64,000 bases of DNA from an uncultured virus (IMG/VR IMGVR_UViG_3300020056_000009) (IMGVR_UViG_3300020056_000009); one strand, 5' to 3'. Numbered from the stretch's first letter, positions 1 through 10,325 are shown. The notes: generated by a model from the letters alone, not told the origin. Numbers and translations: made by a program.

Positions 1-1
1 A

Positions 2-124
2 GAATCCGAATCGGATTCGGAAGAATCTGATGTTAATCCTGTTGTCGTAGCCACTTTTGTCGGCGGAGTTATTCTCACCGGAACTTTAGGTTTCTTGGTT
101 TATCGTGGCTTTAATTCAGCATGA
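2..124 (+). CDS. 3' end of a membrane-anchored protein (partial)
   Basis: Open frame ESESDSEES...VVVATFVGGVILTGTLGFLVYRGFNSA* ending at TGA 122-124. The acidic stretch plus C-terminal hydrophobic helix matches neighbouring genes. Confidence 0.7.
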   Translation, partial: ESESDSEESDVNPVVVATFVGGVILTGTLGFLVYRGFNSA

Positions 125-146
125 TTTTAGGGAAAATCATAAATAG

Positions 147-959
147 GTGGCAACCAAAAGGTTGCCCATGATGTTAGGCGAAGCCTATTACAAAAGATTT
201 CATTTACAGATTCCTGAAGAAGATCTGCGACTCTCCGACCATGATTTTAGTCTTAAATATGAGGGCTTAAGCCCTCAAGACCTCTTTTCAGGACTAACTC
301 TTTATTTTTATGCTCGTAAAACCACTCGTTCTGAAGGACGCAACCGATCTTTATTTGTTAATTCTCAATCAGGATTACAAGAAGCCTGTTTTGATGAAGA
401 TATGGTAGGCCCAATTGCTTGGACTATTACCGGAGATACTAAACGATGGATTCCAATTACTCCTGCAAACAATCCTGTAGAACCTCTCAAACCACAGGGG
501 TCTTCAAACCAAATTGATTTTGCGGCAGAATCAACCGAAGGCCAAATTTCTTGGACTATTCCTATTCGGTGGCAAACTTGTGCGGAATTTAGGGTGCCTC
601 GTTTAAACATCAAAGAATGCAATCCTCAATTTGTCGTCGGGGCCCCCGGTTTTACCAATCGTAATTACAAGTTTAAAGGTAAATCTAAACCCAAATTAGG
701 TGCGGGATTTATTGTTAAGGCTGAACAAGTAACTTATGATGAACGAGAATATGATAATCACCATATCAAAAATTTATCAGACCTACAAGGCAAACCCGCT
801 TGGTTTTATGTTCCCGTCAATTATGTTAATCCCAAAGCACTTTGGGAAGGCAACAAAACTTTAGGAATTACTATTAATTATCCCGTTACAGGCTTTTTAG
901 AGTCTTTAGGATTAGTAGAAAGATTACCACCCAAATTCCATATGAATGCTAAACTATAA
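147..959 (+). CDS. hypothetical protein
   Basis: 270-aa ORF with GTG start; contains an FAAES linker motif. Confidence 0.75.
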   Translation: MATKRLPMMLGEAYYKRFHLQIPEEDLRLSDHDFSLKYEGLSPQDLFSGLTLYFYARKTTRSEGRNRSLFVNSQSGLQEACFDEDMVGPIAWTITGDTKRWIPITPANNPVEPLKPQGSSNQIDFAAESTEGQISWTIPIRWQTCAEFRVPRLNIKECNPQFVVGAPGFTNRNYKFKGKSKPKLGAGFIVKAEQVTYDEREYDNHHIKNLSDLQGKPAWFYVPVNYVNPKALWEGNKTLGITINYPVTGFLESLGLVERLPPKFHMNAKL

Positions 960-963
960 ATAG
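955..963 (+). promoter_or_regulatory. archaeal-type TATA box TATAAATAG (first of many copies)
   Basis: TATAAATAG or a close variant starts 30-31 nt before the ATG at 955, 1347, 3095, 3478, 4825, 6220, 8766, 10341, 11552, 12092, 12993, 13865, 17814, 20942, 23361, 23739, 28126, 29508, 30806, 32721, 34415, 36186, 39624, 47941 and 63049. It is usually preceded by an A-rich BRE-like stretch. Confidence 0.9.
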
Positions 964-985
964 TCGGAACGATACTATTCTAACT

Positions 986-1339
986 ATGCTTCTAAACGAT
1001 GTGCCTGTAATTCAAGACCAAAACACCGGAGTATCTTGCTTCCCTTGGGAATCAGATATGGGTGCAGTCCACTCTTTTGACCTCAACAACTCTTCCGCTA
1101 TGACGGATTCTACTTTGGGCATGGTCGCTAAGGAAGATACCATGACGGAAGCCAATGTTACCAAAGAAGATGAAGAATCTGTCCAACAAGATGATGGTCA
1201 AGGCGAATCCGAATCAGATCTTGAAACCAAGGCTGCAGAAGGCACGACTTCCGGAATCGATTTCAAGAAGTTGGGTGTTATGGCTTTGGTAGGCGTTGGT
1301 GCTTACTCTGTTGTCACCATGATTCTTAACCGATATTGA
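986..1339 (+). CDS. acidic protein with C-terminal TM anchor
   Basis: TATA at -31; KAAEG linker followed by LGVMALVGVGAYSVVTMIL. Confidence 0.85.
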   Translation: MLLNDVPVIQDQNTGVSCFPWESDMGAVHSFDLNNSSAMTDSTLGMVAKEDTMTEANVTKEDEESVQQDDGQGESESDLETKAAEGTTSGIDFKKLGVMALVGVGAYSVVTMILNRY

Positions 1340-1376
1340 GTAAAAGTATAAATAGTAGAAGCAAGGAGTAATCATT

Positions 1377-2225
1377 ATGGCACGAGTAATCGGAAAATCC
1401 ACAGTATTGCCTGATGGACCTTACCAACCTAACCTACCTCAATTACCACAAGTCTCTTTGACTCGTGATACTTTGTCGGCTCACAACGCTATGGGTCAAT
1501 CACTCAGCGTAGCCGCCCCTCGACCCGCAGCACCCGTTATTAACACCCCTGCTTTTAATGTTCCTGAAGGTGAAGGACTTTCTCTTGAAGAAATCCTACT
1601 TGGTGGTGGATTCGGACAAGGTGTTGTTCCTAACGCTCCTCGCCCCGCACCAACCAAGATTGGTATGCCTAAACTAAATCTCAGTTCACTTCAACAATCA
1701 CGACAATCCGATTTCGATGTTAATGCTTACGCCCTTATGGGACAACGCATTACACCTGAAGGACAATACCTACGACCCAGCCATATGCAAGAAATCTATG
1801 GTGATATGGACCACACTCCCAATGTGGCTCACTTAGACCGTGTTCGTCCTGAAACTATGATGCCTACTTTTGATGTGCATCAACCCACAGAATACTTCGG
1901 TAACAACCCTGCTTTCGAAGTAGACCGTGCTGCAATTCGACCCACCAACCCCCGTCTACTTAGTAGCGGTGCCCCACAAGTGAATGTGCCTCGCACCGAG
2001 CAACGCATTCCAATCCGTGAGCGACCTGTAATTCCTGCTTCCACGCAGCCAATGGTTTCAAACTCATGGGCTAAGAACTTGGCACCTGCTAAGAAGATCC
2101 GTATGGAAGTTGAGCGTGTAGCCCCACCTGTCCGAAACTCTGACATGAAAGGACTCAGCACTTCCTTTGGAACAGGTAATGGTCGAATGTTTGGGGCTGA
2201 CGCCCACCTACGAACCCCCTTTTGA
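1377..2225 (+). CDS. proline-rich hypothetical (putative virion) protein
   Basis: 282 aa; TATA at -30; ends FGADAHLRTPF. Confidence 0.85.
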   Translation: MARVIGKSTVLPDGPYQPNLPQLPQVSLTRDTLSAHNAMGQSLSVAAPRPAAPVINTPAFNVPEGEGLSLEEILLGGGFGQGVVPNAPRPAPTKIGMPKLNLSSLQQSRQSDFDVNAYALMGQRITPEGQYLRPSHMQEIYGDMDHTPNVAHLDRVRPETMMPTFDVHQPTEYFGNNPAFEVDRAAIRPTNPRLLSSGAPQVNVPRTEQRIPIRERPVIPASTQPMVSNSWAKNLAPAKKIRMEVERVAPPVRNSDMKGLSTSFGTGNGRMFGADAHLRTPF

Positions 2226-2236
2226 GGTGATTAAAA

Positions 2237-2524
2237 ATGCTAAACCGAATTAACTATCTTGCCGGAGACACCGTAAAACTATTGGCTGATTTAACTGCTA
2301 TGGGACTTGTATTCTTTAGCGTCCGTCCAATTTACAACACCCTAAAAGACCGACAATGGGATTCTCTTCCTCTAATCGGTGTGCCTTTCCTTCTCGGAAC
2401 CTTTGTTTTGGCTGCTCGTAGTGGCGATGAAGTAAACTATGTAGACTTCTCCGATGCTTACGATGTAGTTGTAGACGATGTTTCCGATATTTTTGAAGAT
2501 GTTACAGGAGAGGTGGGTTACTGA
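2237..2524 (+). CDS. small membrane protein (2 TM)
   Basis: GAGGTGA SD upstream; two hydrophobic segments and an acidic tail. Confidence 0.8.
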   Translation: MLNRINYLAGDTVKLLADLTAMGLVFFSVRPIYNTLKDRQWDSLPLIGVPFLLGTFVLAARSGDEVNYVDFSDAYDVVVDDVSDIFEDVTGEVGY

Positions 2525-2784
2525 TGATGCAACGACTTTGTGGATGGACTGAAGGATCCAAAGGTTCTCTAATTTGCAGTTTGGTAGCCACCGTTGGTGG
2601 TCTTCACCTATTATTGACTCCACCTCAAAAGGTTCTTGGTATTCTTCCAGCCTTTTCCATGACTCTTATGGGCCGCACCATTGGTGCTCAACAATTAGTC
2701 GGTCTTACTCTCACCGTTTGTGGTCTTTGTGCTTTCGGTGCTTGCTGTCTCCCATCCACTACGGAGGTAGTAGATTCGGAGTAA
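2524..2784 (+). CDS. small membrane protein
   Basis: Overlaps the previous stop (TGATG); hydrophobic segments. Confidence 0.75.
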   Translation: MMQRLCGWTEGSKGSLICSLVATVGGLHLLLTPPQKVLGILPAFSMTLMGRTIGAQQLVGLTLTVCGLCAFGACCLPSTTEVVDSE

Positions 2785-2792
2785 ATTAGGAA

Positions 2793-3077
2793 GTGAAAAA
2801 TATGACGCTAACACAAACATTAACCAGCCCTCTTGTAATCGGTGGAACTTTGTTCCTTATTGGACTTCACCAATTTAACCTCTTGCCTTTCTTTAACAAG
2901 AATGAATTCGGCTCACGCGATCTTTACATGGGCGTCACACCCCTTAAGGCTCTTGGCGTAATCGCTATGGTCTCAGGCGGTTTGGTCCTTGTTGGTCGCA
3001 GCGATTTCATGACTCCATCAAGTTTCGTTAGCCTTTCCGCAGAAATGTTCGAAGGTGCTAAGGCTTGGGGTCATTGA
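2793..3077 (+). CDS. small membrane protein (2 TM)
   Basis: Two hydrophobic segments; LSAEM motif near the C-terminus. Confidence 0.75.
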   Translation: MKNMTLTQTLTSPLVIGGTLFLIGLHQFNLLPFFNKNEFGSRDLYMGVTPLKALGVIAMVSGGLVLVGRSDFMTPSSFVSLSAEMFEGAKAWGH

Positions 3078-3124
3078 TTTTACGAAAGTAAAATTATAAA
3101 TAGTAAAGGCACGGAGATATCCTC

Positions 3125-3472
3125 ATGATCTCTCGTCGGACTGAGGCTGAAGCCCGCCGAATTTGTGAACGAGGTATGGCGGCTTACATTTCCGACCGCC
3201 ATTCCGTATATCTTAATCGTTCTCTTGCTTATGGCGTTGTAGGCGGAATTATTCCCGCTTCGGCAGTTTTAATTACTTCGGCTTTTGTGCCTTTTAACAA
3301 ATTATGGGCCCTCCTTCCGCTTGGATTGGGAGTATCTATGGGATTCGGTTATGGAACTATGACTTCTAACCGAGAAGATCCTGTTCATGAAGAAGAATTT
3401 ACTACTGTTTGTGAGGCTCTCAAACCTACTGAAGAAGAAGTCGATAATTCAGATTTACCAGAACAACAATAG
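3125..3472 (+). CDS. membrane protein (2 TM)
   Basis: TATA at -30; hydrophobic hairpin. Confidence 0.8.
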   Translation: MISRRTEAEARRICERGMAAYISDRHSVYLNRSLAYGVVGGIIPASAVLITSAFVPFNKLWALLPLGLGVSMGFGYGTMTSNREDPVHEEEFTTVCEALKPTEEEVDNSDLPEQQ

Positions 3473-3507
3473 ATAAATATATATAGTCGAAATGCAAAGG
3501 TGATATT

Positions 3508-4014
3508 ATGACCAAGAGTTCCAACAACCTTCGTGGTGCCAAGAAATCAACTAAGAAAGCCGGTATGCTAACTGTCGTTCAACGATATGTCTCCAAGTAT
3601 GGCGTCAAAGAAGGCGTCAAGCGATACAAGCAAGATGGATGGAAGCAAAAGAAGGCTTCCAGCAAGGTTCGAATGCAAGTTTCCAACACCAAGACAGGCC
3701 CTCGCCGTGTTTCCGAAGGTCGTGTTGGCGGTGCAGGTCGTTCCCAACTCTACAAAGATGGTGACCGTGTAGGTTCATGGACCAAGTCTGGTGGACAAAC
3801 CAAGAACAACGCTGGTCGTGGACAATCATGGTTTACTGACCGTGGCTATGGCCGTCCTGGAAAGCCTGTTCCTGACACCCCTCTCGCTCGCAAACTCGGT
3901 ATTGCAGGCAAGACTGACCTCAAGGTTACGGGTGCTCCCTTCGTCGAATCTCAAGATTGGGAAGGTCGTCTCAAGAACTTTGTAGGAATGGAAGCCGAAG
4001 ACTACGACCTCTGA
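3508..4014 (+). CDS. basic K/R/G-rich protein, putative nucleic-acid-binding core protein
   Basis: TATA at -30; strongly basic; ends MEAEDYDL. Confidence 0.7.
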   Translation: MTKSSNNLRGAKKSTKKAGMLTVVQRYVSKYGVKEGVKRYKQDGWKQKKASSKVRMQVSNTKTGPRRVSEGRVGGAGRSQLYKDGDRVGSWTKSGGQTKNNAGRGQSWFTDRGYGRPGKPVPDTPLARKLGIAGKTDLKVTGAPFVESQDWEGRLKNFVGMEAEDYDL

Positions 4015-4030
4015 TTTGGGGGTTTGCTTC

Positions 4031-4294
4031 GTGATTCTAACTTCTAAGAACATCCTTATGGGACTTGTTGGCTTAGGAGTTGTTTCCTATTTATCGTCTC
4101 GATCCTTCGGATCTGATTTTGAAGAAATTCCTTTCCGAGAAACTGCTGTCGATAATATGACTGAGCGTCACCGAGCCATCATTACTGCTGAAATGGATTA
4201 TGGTGGTCTACCCGACCTCACTCGTATGGATGTTGTCAAACTGATTACCGGAACGCCTATTCAATCTGAATACAATCCGGGGGTCACTCTATGA
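4031..4294 (+). CDS. small protein with N-terminal TM
   Basis: In-frame GTG at 4031 after a G-rich SD; ILMGLVGLGVVSYL. Confidence 0.7.
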   Translation: MILTSKNILMGLVGLGVVSYLSSRSFGSDFEEIPFRETAVDNMTERHRAIITAEMDYGGLPDLTRMDVVKLITGTPIQSEYNPGVTL

Positions 4295-4821
4295 TTTTGG
4301 ACAAACTTTTAATTTTCTTAGGATTAAAAGAAGGCTGTCCTTGTTGTGATGGTGGCGTTTGCTCCTGTTCTGCAGATTGTAAATCTTGTGATTGTGGTTC
4401 TACCAAAGAGGCCGAAGACCAAGAAAATCTATCCGGTGGTGGCGATTCTGTCGGCCATCTAAACCCTACTGAAGTTCATGGTGCTCAAGACATTTATGGT
4501 GCTGAAGGAGGACATGGTCGAGTTTTCGGATCTCGCATTGGGGCTTACAACTATAATACTCCCGTAGGTTCTCCTGCTTTTCAGGTTCCTCCCAACCCCC
4601 GCAGTTATCAAACTCCTTCGGGATTATATCATGATTCTTATATGATGGATTTCAATGGCGATCTTCGCCCTGCTTACGGAGAAGTTTGGGACAATTGGAA
4701 TGATATGTTACCAGAATATCGTTTCCCACGCCCATGGAGTCCCTCTTATCACCCTCGTTGGTCAGGACGACCAGCAGATTATCAAGTGCAACAAGTTTCC
4801 ACAGGCCGTCGGCCTTTGTAA
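4291..4821 (+). CDS. protein with metallothionein-like Cys cluster
   Basis: CPCCDGGVCSCSADCKSCDCG; KEAED, HGAQD and YGAEG linkers. Confidence 0.75.
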   Translation: MILDKLLIFLGLKEGCPCCDGGVCSCSADCKSCDCGSTKEAEDQENLSGGGDSVGHLNPTEVHGAQDIYGAEGGHGRVFGSRIGAYNYNTPVGSPAFQVPPNPRSYQTPSGLYHDSYMMDFNGDLRPAYGEVWDNWNDMLPEYRFPRPWSPSYHPRWSGRPADYQVQQVSTGRRPL

Positions 4822-4854
4822 AACTATAAATAGCAGAATGAAGAATAATTCTGC

Positions 4855-5268
4855 ATGGTTAAGCATATGGTAGACGCTTATGTGCGTCGAGATACTAATG
4901 CTAAAAACCAATTTGATTCTCTTCAAGATGGCGAAGAAGGCTTAATCATGCCTGAAGGAATCCTTATGTCTTCCAAAGCCTTCAAAAACTCTGTTCCTCA
5001 AACCCAATATACCCTTCAAGAATTGGGAATTGATATGGCGGCTTCGCCTTATGTAGAAGCCTTAACCGTAGACCAATCTAATACTTCTGATGTTAATGTA
5101 AATCCCGTAGAAGTTCACCATCATGCCGAAGAACCCAAATTAACGATGCAAAAACCTTCTTTCCCCTCAGGTTTGATGTCTATTAATAACATGGTTAAAG
5201 AATATTGGGGACTTTTAGTGCTTGTAGGTGTCGCTGCCGTAGGAGGATATTTCATCGGTAGGCGATAA
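4855..5268 (+). CDS. C-terminally anchored protein
   Basis: TATA at -30; HHAEE linker; WGLLVLVGVAAVGGYFIGRR. Confidence 0.85.
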   Translation: MVKHMVDAYVRRDTNAKNQFDSLQDGEEGLIMPEGILMSSKAFKNSVPQTQYTLQELGIDMAASPYVEALTVDQSNTSDVNVNPVEVHHHAEEPKLTMQKPSFPSGLMSINNMVKEYWGLLVLVGVAAVGGYFIGRR

Positions 5269-5269
5269 T

Positions 5270-6211
5270 ATGCTTTCTAATTTTCGTATTGGAGATCGGG
5301 TAGTATCAAATGCTATCGAAGATGATTTTTTAGTTGGCACCGTGGTTTACACCGGGTTAGAAAAAGCCCGAGTTGCTTGGCCTGATGGCACTAATTCTAC
5401 GGAAAGATATCAGGATTTAGTATTAGTTAGAGAATCTGGTTCTCGTCACCCTAAGTTTTTAGGATTATTTGAAGGACCTCAACTTCATGATGAAGATATT
5501 CCTAAAGAATATCAACAATTATTGGTAGACCAAAAGGTATTCCAATCTGAAGGATTGGAAATCCATGATAATATCACTTTGCGGGCTTTTTGGGATGCTA
5601 AACAACGCTTTGAAGAGCAACAAATTGCTAAATCTTTATTAACCAACGAAATTAAACTTCCCACTTCTTCCGTAGACTATAAGTTTGGTCACCGAACCGT
5701 AGGTTCAGAAAGAAAAGATTGGGAACCGGGAGACATCGTCTCGGTCTCACGCCCCGGCAAAAATGCTGGTAAATTAGCCACCGCCCATATTTTACGAGTT
5801 ACTCCTTACGAAGCCGATCTAATTTGGGTAGACCCCCTTACTAAACAAGAAATTGAAACTCGGGAATCCCTAAATAATTTAATTTTTGTTCGTCATGATG
5901 CGGCTTGGAGAGCCACTAAGGAAAAGACACAACGCTTAGAATCTGAAGCCATCGGTTTAGATACAACTGATTTTTATGGTTTTAATGATATTGGATATCC
6001 TACTCAATTAATTCCCGATCCTCTCATGTATGACCTTCGTTTCCAAGAAAAACGAGTCCGAGATTATGTATGGGAAAAGACCCAACAACACCCTGTTGGA
6101 GATAATGAATTGTCCGAATATAATCTCAAAGAACTTCAATATGGAGGAGTTACTCAAGGATTTCAACCCTTTCATGGCTTTGAAAGATTTGCTGATTATT
6201 TGTGGAGGTAA
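5270..6211 (+). CDS. protein with two SH3/KOW/Tudor-like beta-barrel repeats
   Basis: FRIGDRVV..GTVV..ARVAWPDG..DLVLV and WEPGDIVSV..AHILRV..ADLIWVD..NLIFV; FQSEG and LESEA linkers. Confidence 0.6.
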   Translation: MLSNFRIGDRVVSNAIEDDFLVGTVVYTGLEKARVAWPDGTNSTERYQDLVLVRESGSRHPKFLGLFEGPQLHDEDIPKEYQQLLVDQKVFQSEGLEIHDNITLRAFWDAKQRFEEQQIAKSLLTNEIKLPTSSVDYKFGHRTVGSERKDWEPGDIVSVSRPGKNAGKLATAHILRVTPYEADLIWVDPLTKQEIETRESLNNLIFVRHDAAWRATKEKTQRLESEAIGLDTTDFYGFNDIGYPTQLIPDPLMYDLRFQEKRVRDYVWEKTQQHPVGDNELSEYNLKELQYGGVTQGFQPFHGFERFADYLWR

Positions 6212-6250
6212 TCACAAACTATAAATAGTCGTGATGATAACTTTGTTACC

Positions 6251-7090
6251 ATGAAGTCTCCACTTTACTATTTTATTAGTGGTGTCGCTGCCGTTGGTGG
6301 ATTGGCTTGGGCTATCAGTCGAGGCCATTTATCTTTAGGACCTCTTGATACCGTCTTTAAAGCCGATGAATTGACCCCTGCCGATTACGAAGAAATGCAT
6401 ATCGAAAGATCGGGCAGCACTTTAGACTTTGTTCCCCAATCACTTTCCGAATCTTTCATGGGATACCAATACCTTGACTTAGAGCACACGACGATGGTGG
6501 CTAACGATAGTCCCTTTGGACCCGGTGTAATTGACCACCAATATGTTTATGAAAATGGATATGATTTAGGTTATGATGATGATGCTCTAATTGCAGATAT
6601 GAATCGATCTACTCACCCCCTCCAAGAATATGCTCCTCAAGAAATGGCAGCAGAAGCCCCCGGACAAGGAGCCCTTTATGGAAGACTTAAGGAAACTAAC
6701 TCTATTACTCCCGTTACCACCCAACCGGGAATCGGCGGCTATGGCTATGGTCCTGCTGCCAGCGGTTGGAATAAACTCCCTCCTGAAGTAAACCGTGATT
6801 TTCCTTACATGGTTTCCTATGTAAATGCACCCTTTAAGGAAGTAGTTACCGAACAAGATGGCGACAACCGATTTGGATCTCTCAGTCGTAACTCTACTGA
6901 CGGTGACCTTAATGGTCGATTTGGACAATTATCTTTAGACCCCTCTATTAACTCGGGATACACCGATGGTGCTTCTACCAAATCCCTTGATGGGTGGCGA
7001 CAATCTTACAACCTTCTCCGAATTTCCGATACTATGGTTCGAGCCATTCCTATGTCAGGTGGAGAAGAATTATTACTTAGGAGAGTATGA
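6251..7090 (+). CDS. N-terminally anchored hypothetical protein
   Basis: TATA at -31; N-terminal hydrophobic helix; FKADE and MAAEA linkers. Confidence 0.8.
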   Translation: MKSPLYYFISGVAAVGGLAWAISRGHLSLGPLDTVFKADELTPADYEEMHIERSGSTLDFVPQSLSESFMGYQYLDLEHTTMVANDSPFGPGVIDHQYVYENGYDLGYDDDALIADMNRSTHPLQEYAPQEMAAEAPGQGALYGRLKETNSITPVTTQPGIGGYGYGPAASGWNKLPPEVNRDFPYMVSYVNAPFKEVVTEQDGDNRFGSLSRNSTDGDLNGRFGQLSLDPSINSGYTDGASTKSLDGWRQSYNLLRISDTMVRAIPMSGGEELLLRRV

Positions 7091-8763
7091 TAATGGCAAA
7101 ATGGGACAATTACAGTAAACCACCTTGGGTAACCACAGGTCCACGAACTCGTATGTTGCGAAATAAGAAAAAGGTTCGCCAACAGAAGATTGCTCAAAAG
7201 CGACAAGAACGCTTGGGTGCTGAATCAAAACCTTGTGGTGATTGTGGCCGTCCAGCCACTCATTCCGCAAGAGGTGGAACAGTCAATCGTTGCGATAGAT
7301 GTTGGGATGATAATTTGCGAGCAGAATCTTTTGAAGCCCCACGCAAATCTGTATCGGCCAGCAAGCGTAAGAAAAACACCGAAATTTCCAAAATTATCAG
7401 CGATATTATGCACACTTGGGAAAAGACGGGTAAGATCGGAAAAAGCCGACCACCCACTCGAAAAGACGCACAAAAAATGGCAATTGCCGTAGCCTATTCA
7501 ATTTATAATCGCAAGACTACTAAAAAGGCAGAAACCGTCATGGATGCAGAATCCAATTTTAAGGGTAAAATTATTTGGGATTGGGAAGCACAAATTTTGG
7601 TTAATGATGACTACCAAGATATTCCCAAAAACCTGCTTAATCATGCCACAATTGATACTATCGAAAGGGCTTGTAGAGAATATGTCCAAGATTATGGAAT
7701 CTTCGAACTGTTCGAAAAAGATCAACTAACGGAAGAACTATTTATTGATACACAACAGTATCCTGATATGATTATTAATTTATCTATGGAAATGGATTAT
7801 GATGCTTTGAATCTTTCTTCGGAGGAAAACACCCCTATTATGCCCCCCATGGATTTCGGAGAAATGGCTAAGTGGCGACCCCTTGACGGCACTCCCGGAC
7901 TCAAGCGTAACCGAGCCGAAGACTTTGAAATGGTCGAATGTGGAAACTGTGATGCTACATTTTCTATTGACGAAGGCTTAGACATCGGCGGTATTGACTA
8001 CTGCGAAGAATGCTATGATTCCCGAATGTCTAAAGAAGTCGTTGAAGCCGAAACCTTTGGAGCAGAAGGCGATTGTATGCATTGTGGACAACCTCTTGAA
8101 GAAGTAGAAATCTGGGAAGATTTTAGATGTCCCCATTGTAGTAAATCCATTGGCGATATTTATCAAGGTGATGTAGATTATAAAGAAACCCTTGATGCCG
8201 AAAATTATAAACATGAGTGTATTACTTGTGGCGAAGGAATGGATGATTTAGTTGCCAAAGGTCAAACATGGAGTTGTGAATGTTGTGGATTCTTAGTAGG
8301 AACGCAAGGCAAACACCAAGGTTGTGGTTTCAACAATGATGGAGAAGTTATGTGTAATCTTTGTGCTTCAGGACAATGTGACTGTGCTCAATGCGAAGAC
8401 TGTGGTGCATCAGAAGGCGGCGACATTGAGGGTTGCGACACCTGTGGAATCTTTCAACACCACCGAGGGAGATGGTATAGCCTCCCTACCTATTCGGAAA
8501 AATTCGGTGCCCCTCTTGGATTCAACGAAATGGGCCCTCGACCCTTTTACGGCAATCCACGAAAAATTGCTATCGATCGATGGGGCAACCGCCGATTTAT
8601 TCGACGACGCAAAGATGGAACTTATATGAAAAATGTAGATGTAGGTCGTAGTATTGCTATGGACCGACGCCGACAATCACAAACTTGGGCCCCTCCTGGA
8701 TTCCGTGACCAAGGAGATGGTTCTCCATCTCTCTTAGATCGTTTTAGATTCCGACAACAGTAA
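7087..8763 (+). CDS. multi-module protein with several CxxC zinc ribbons
   Basis: 558 aa. Modules are separated by LGAES, LRAESFEAP, KKAET, MDAES, NRAED, VEAETFGAEG, LDAEN and FGAP. Confidence 0.85.
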   Translation: MIMAKWDNYSKPPWVTTGPRTRMLRNKKKVRQQKIAQKRQERLGAESKPCGDCGRPATHSARGGTVNRCDRCWDDNLRAESFEAPRKSVSASKRKKNTEISKIISDIMHTWEKTGKIGKSRPPTRKDAQKMAIAVAYSIYNRKTTKKAETVMDAESNFKGKIIWDWEAQILVNDDYQDIPKNLLNHATIDTIERACREYVQDYGIFELFEKDQLTEELFIDTQQYPDMIINLSMEMDYDALNLSSEENTPIMPPMDFGEMAKWRPLDGTPGLKRNRAEDFEMVECGNCDATFSIDEGLDIGGIDYCEECYDSRMSKEVVEAETFGAEGDCMHCGQPLEEVEIWEDFRCPHCSKSIGDIYQGDVDYKETLDAENYKHECITCGEGMDDLVAKGQTWSCECCGFLVGTQGKHQGCGFNNDGEVMCNLCASGQCDCAQCEDCGASEGGDIEGCDTCGIFQHHRGRWYSLPTYSEKFGAPLGFNEMGPRPFYGNPRKIAIDRWGNRRFIRRRKDGTYMKNVDVGRSIAMDRRRQSQTWAPPGFRDQGDGSPSLLDRFRFRQQ

Positions 8764-8795
8764 AATATAAATAGTAAAGCAGGAGAGTAATTGAT

Positions 8796-10325
8796 ATGGC
8801 AAATAATCACACCATGGTATATATCCTTTCCGATGATTATTGGGGCTTCGATGCTGGCACCAAAGATGACTCTACCGGATTCTATAAAAACACTTGGACT
8901 CTCCCCAAATCACAATATGATTCTATGGGTGACGAAGCCGACCGTGCTAAACTTTTCCGATGTGCTCTTTTCTATGTTACCGATAAAACCGACAATCACG
9001 GATTTACTCCTCTTGCTATCCAATCTCAAAACGATGTCGTTATTGTTGCAGAAGCCTCTTCTGGAACCATCAACAAGCGTATGTATACCAAAGGCCAAAA
9101 GTCTGGATACGCTACCGGTGGCGATGTTATGCGTCAAGCCGATCCTGCTGCTACCACTTTTGATGAACTCAAAGATATGACTACCAGCACCCCCGGCGAA
9201 TTCATGATTAACGAGTTTATTTTCGATAATGAATCCGCTATCAAAACCAAGGTTGAAGAACTCCAAACCGAATTGGGTCAAATCAACGCTGCTGAAACCG
9301 GTAGTTATGCTTCCGAATCAGTTCCTACTGCTGCTGCTCTCCAAGTTTCCGAACCTCTTGCTGCCGATCCTTCTACGGAAATGGCCTCTGGTTCCGAACT
9401 TATCACCGATGAACTAACCAGTTTAGATCTCTTTGCTGAAGGAGATATGACGGCTGCTGACAAGTTGGCTCTAAAGCGAAAGCGAAAGGTCGAATCCAAG
9501 ATTCGTGGCCTTAAGCGTCGTGCTGGCCGTTCCAACAAGATGGCTATGTTAGAAATGGATGCTGACACTAACGCTATTATTCAATTTGAAGAAGGTGGTT
9601 ACTCTTCGGCATCTGTCCCACCCTCTGATATTCACTTTGGTTCCGAAACCGAAGCCTCACAACTTATGACTACGCAAGCCGTTGGTCAAGCCGGTGCAGA
9701 TTACGACCACGAAATTCATTACCGTGCTGACACCTCCGGTGAAGAATGTCCTCAATGTGGTAAGCCTACTTGGGACACCGAAACAACACGCCACGATACT
9801 TGGCATCAATGTGTTGATTGTAAAATCGCATGGCTTCCTGATAGTGATGAATATATTTCCTTCCAAGAATTAGATAAGCATCACCGTGCTGAAGGTCGAA
9901 AATATGGAAAGCGACAACGCTTCGATCACATTAAGGGTAACTCTCGATATGTGGCTCGCAACGCTAAGGGACAATTTATTAGCAATGTTGGCGTAGGTAA
10001 CTCTATCCGAGCCGACCTCCGAAGTAGTGCTAAAACTCAACAACCTGTTGGTTTCCGAAACCAAGGCGATGCTATGGTTCGACGAGCCGAAGCCGCACCA
10101 TCAGTAGTAGATGCTGCTGAACCTATGGATTACCAACCTTATGAATTTATTGACGAAATGGAAACCGGAGAATACATTTCTTCTGATGACTTCATGACTC
10201 TGCTTGCTGAAACCGTTGATGGCATGGCACTTCGCTACCGCCCACCAATGTATCGTAGCCCAGCGGCTATGCTTACCGCAGGTGTCGTTCTCGGTGCTTT
10301 GGGTCTAAAACTTCTTAAGAAGTAA
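8796..10325 (+). CDS. multi-module protein with C-terminal TM anchor
   Basis: TATA at -30; about 10 AE/SE/AD linkers; CPQCG..CVDC ribbon; shares a module with 7087..8763; ends AMLTAGVVLGALGLKLLKK. Confidence 0.85.
   Translation: MANNHTMVYILSDDYWGFDAGTKDDSTGFYKNTWTLPKSQYDSMGDEADRAKLFRCALFYVTDKTDNHGFTPLAIQSQNDVVIVAEASSGTINKRMYTKGQKSGYATGGDVMRQADPAATTFDELKDMTTSTPGEFMINEFIFDNESAIKTKVEELQTELGQINAAETGSYASESVPTAAALQVSEPLAADPSTEMASGSELITDELTSLDLFAEGDMTAADKLALKRKRKVESKIRGLKRRAGRSNKMAMLEMDADTNAIIQFEEGGYSSASVPPSDIHFGSETEASQLMTTQAVGQAGADYDHEIHYRADTSGEECPQCGKPTWDTETTRHDTWHQCVDCKIAWLPDSDEYISFQELDKHHRAEGRKYGKRQRFDHIKGNSRYVARNAKGQFISNVGVGNSIRADLRSSAKTQQPVGFRNQGDAMVRRAEAAPSVVDAAEPMDYQPYEFIDEMETGEYISSDDFMTLLAETVDGMALRYRPPMYRSPAAMLTAGVVLGALGLKLLKK

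Noticed and set aside
955..963. Poxvirus/NCLDV-like late promoter (TAAAT)
   Set aside because: The motif sits a fixed 30 nt upstream of the start codon, as archaeal TATA boxes do, and does not overlap the ATG. PolD and GGTGA-type SD motifs also point to archaea.
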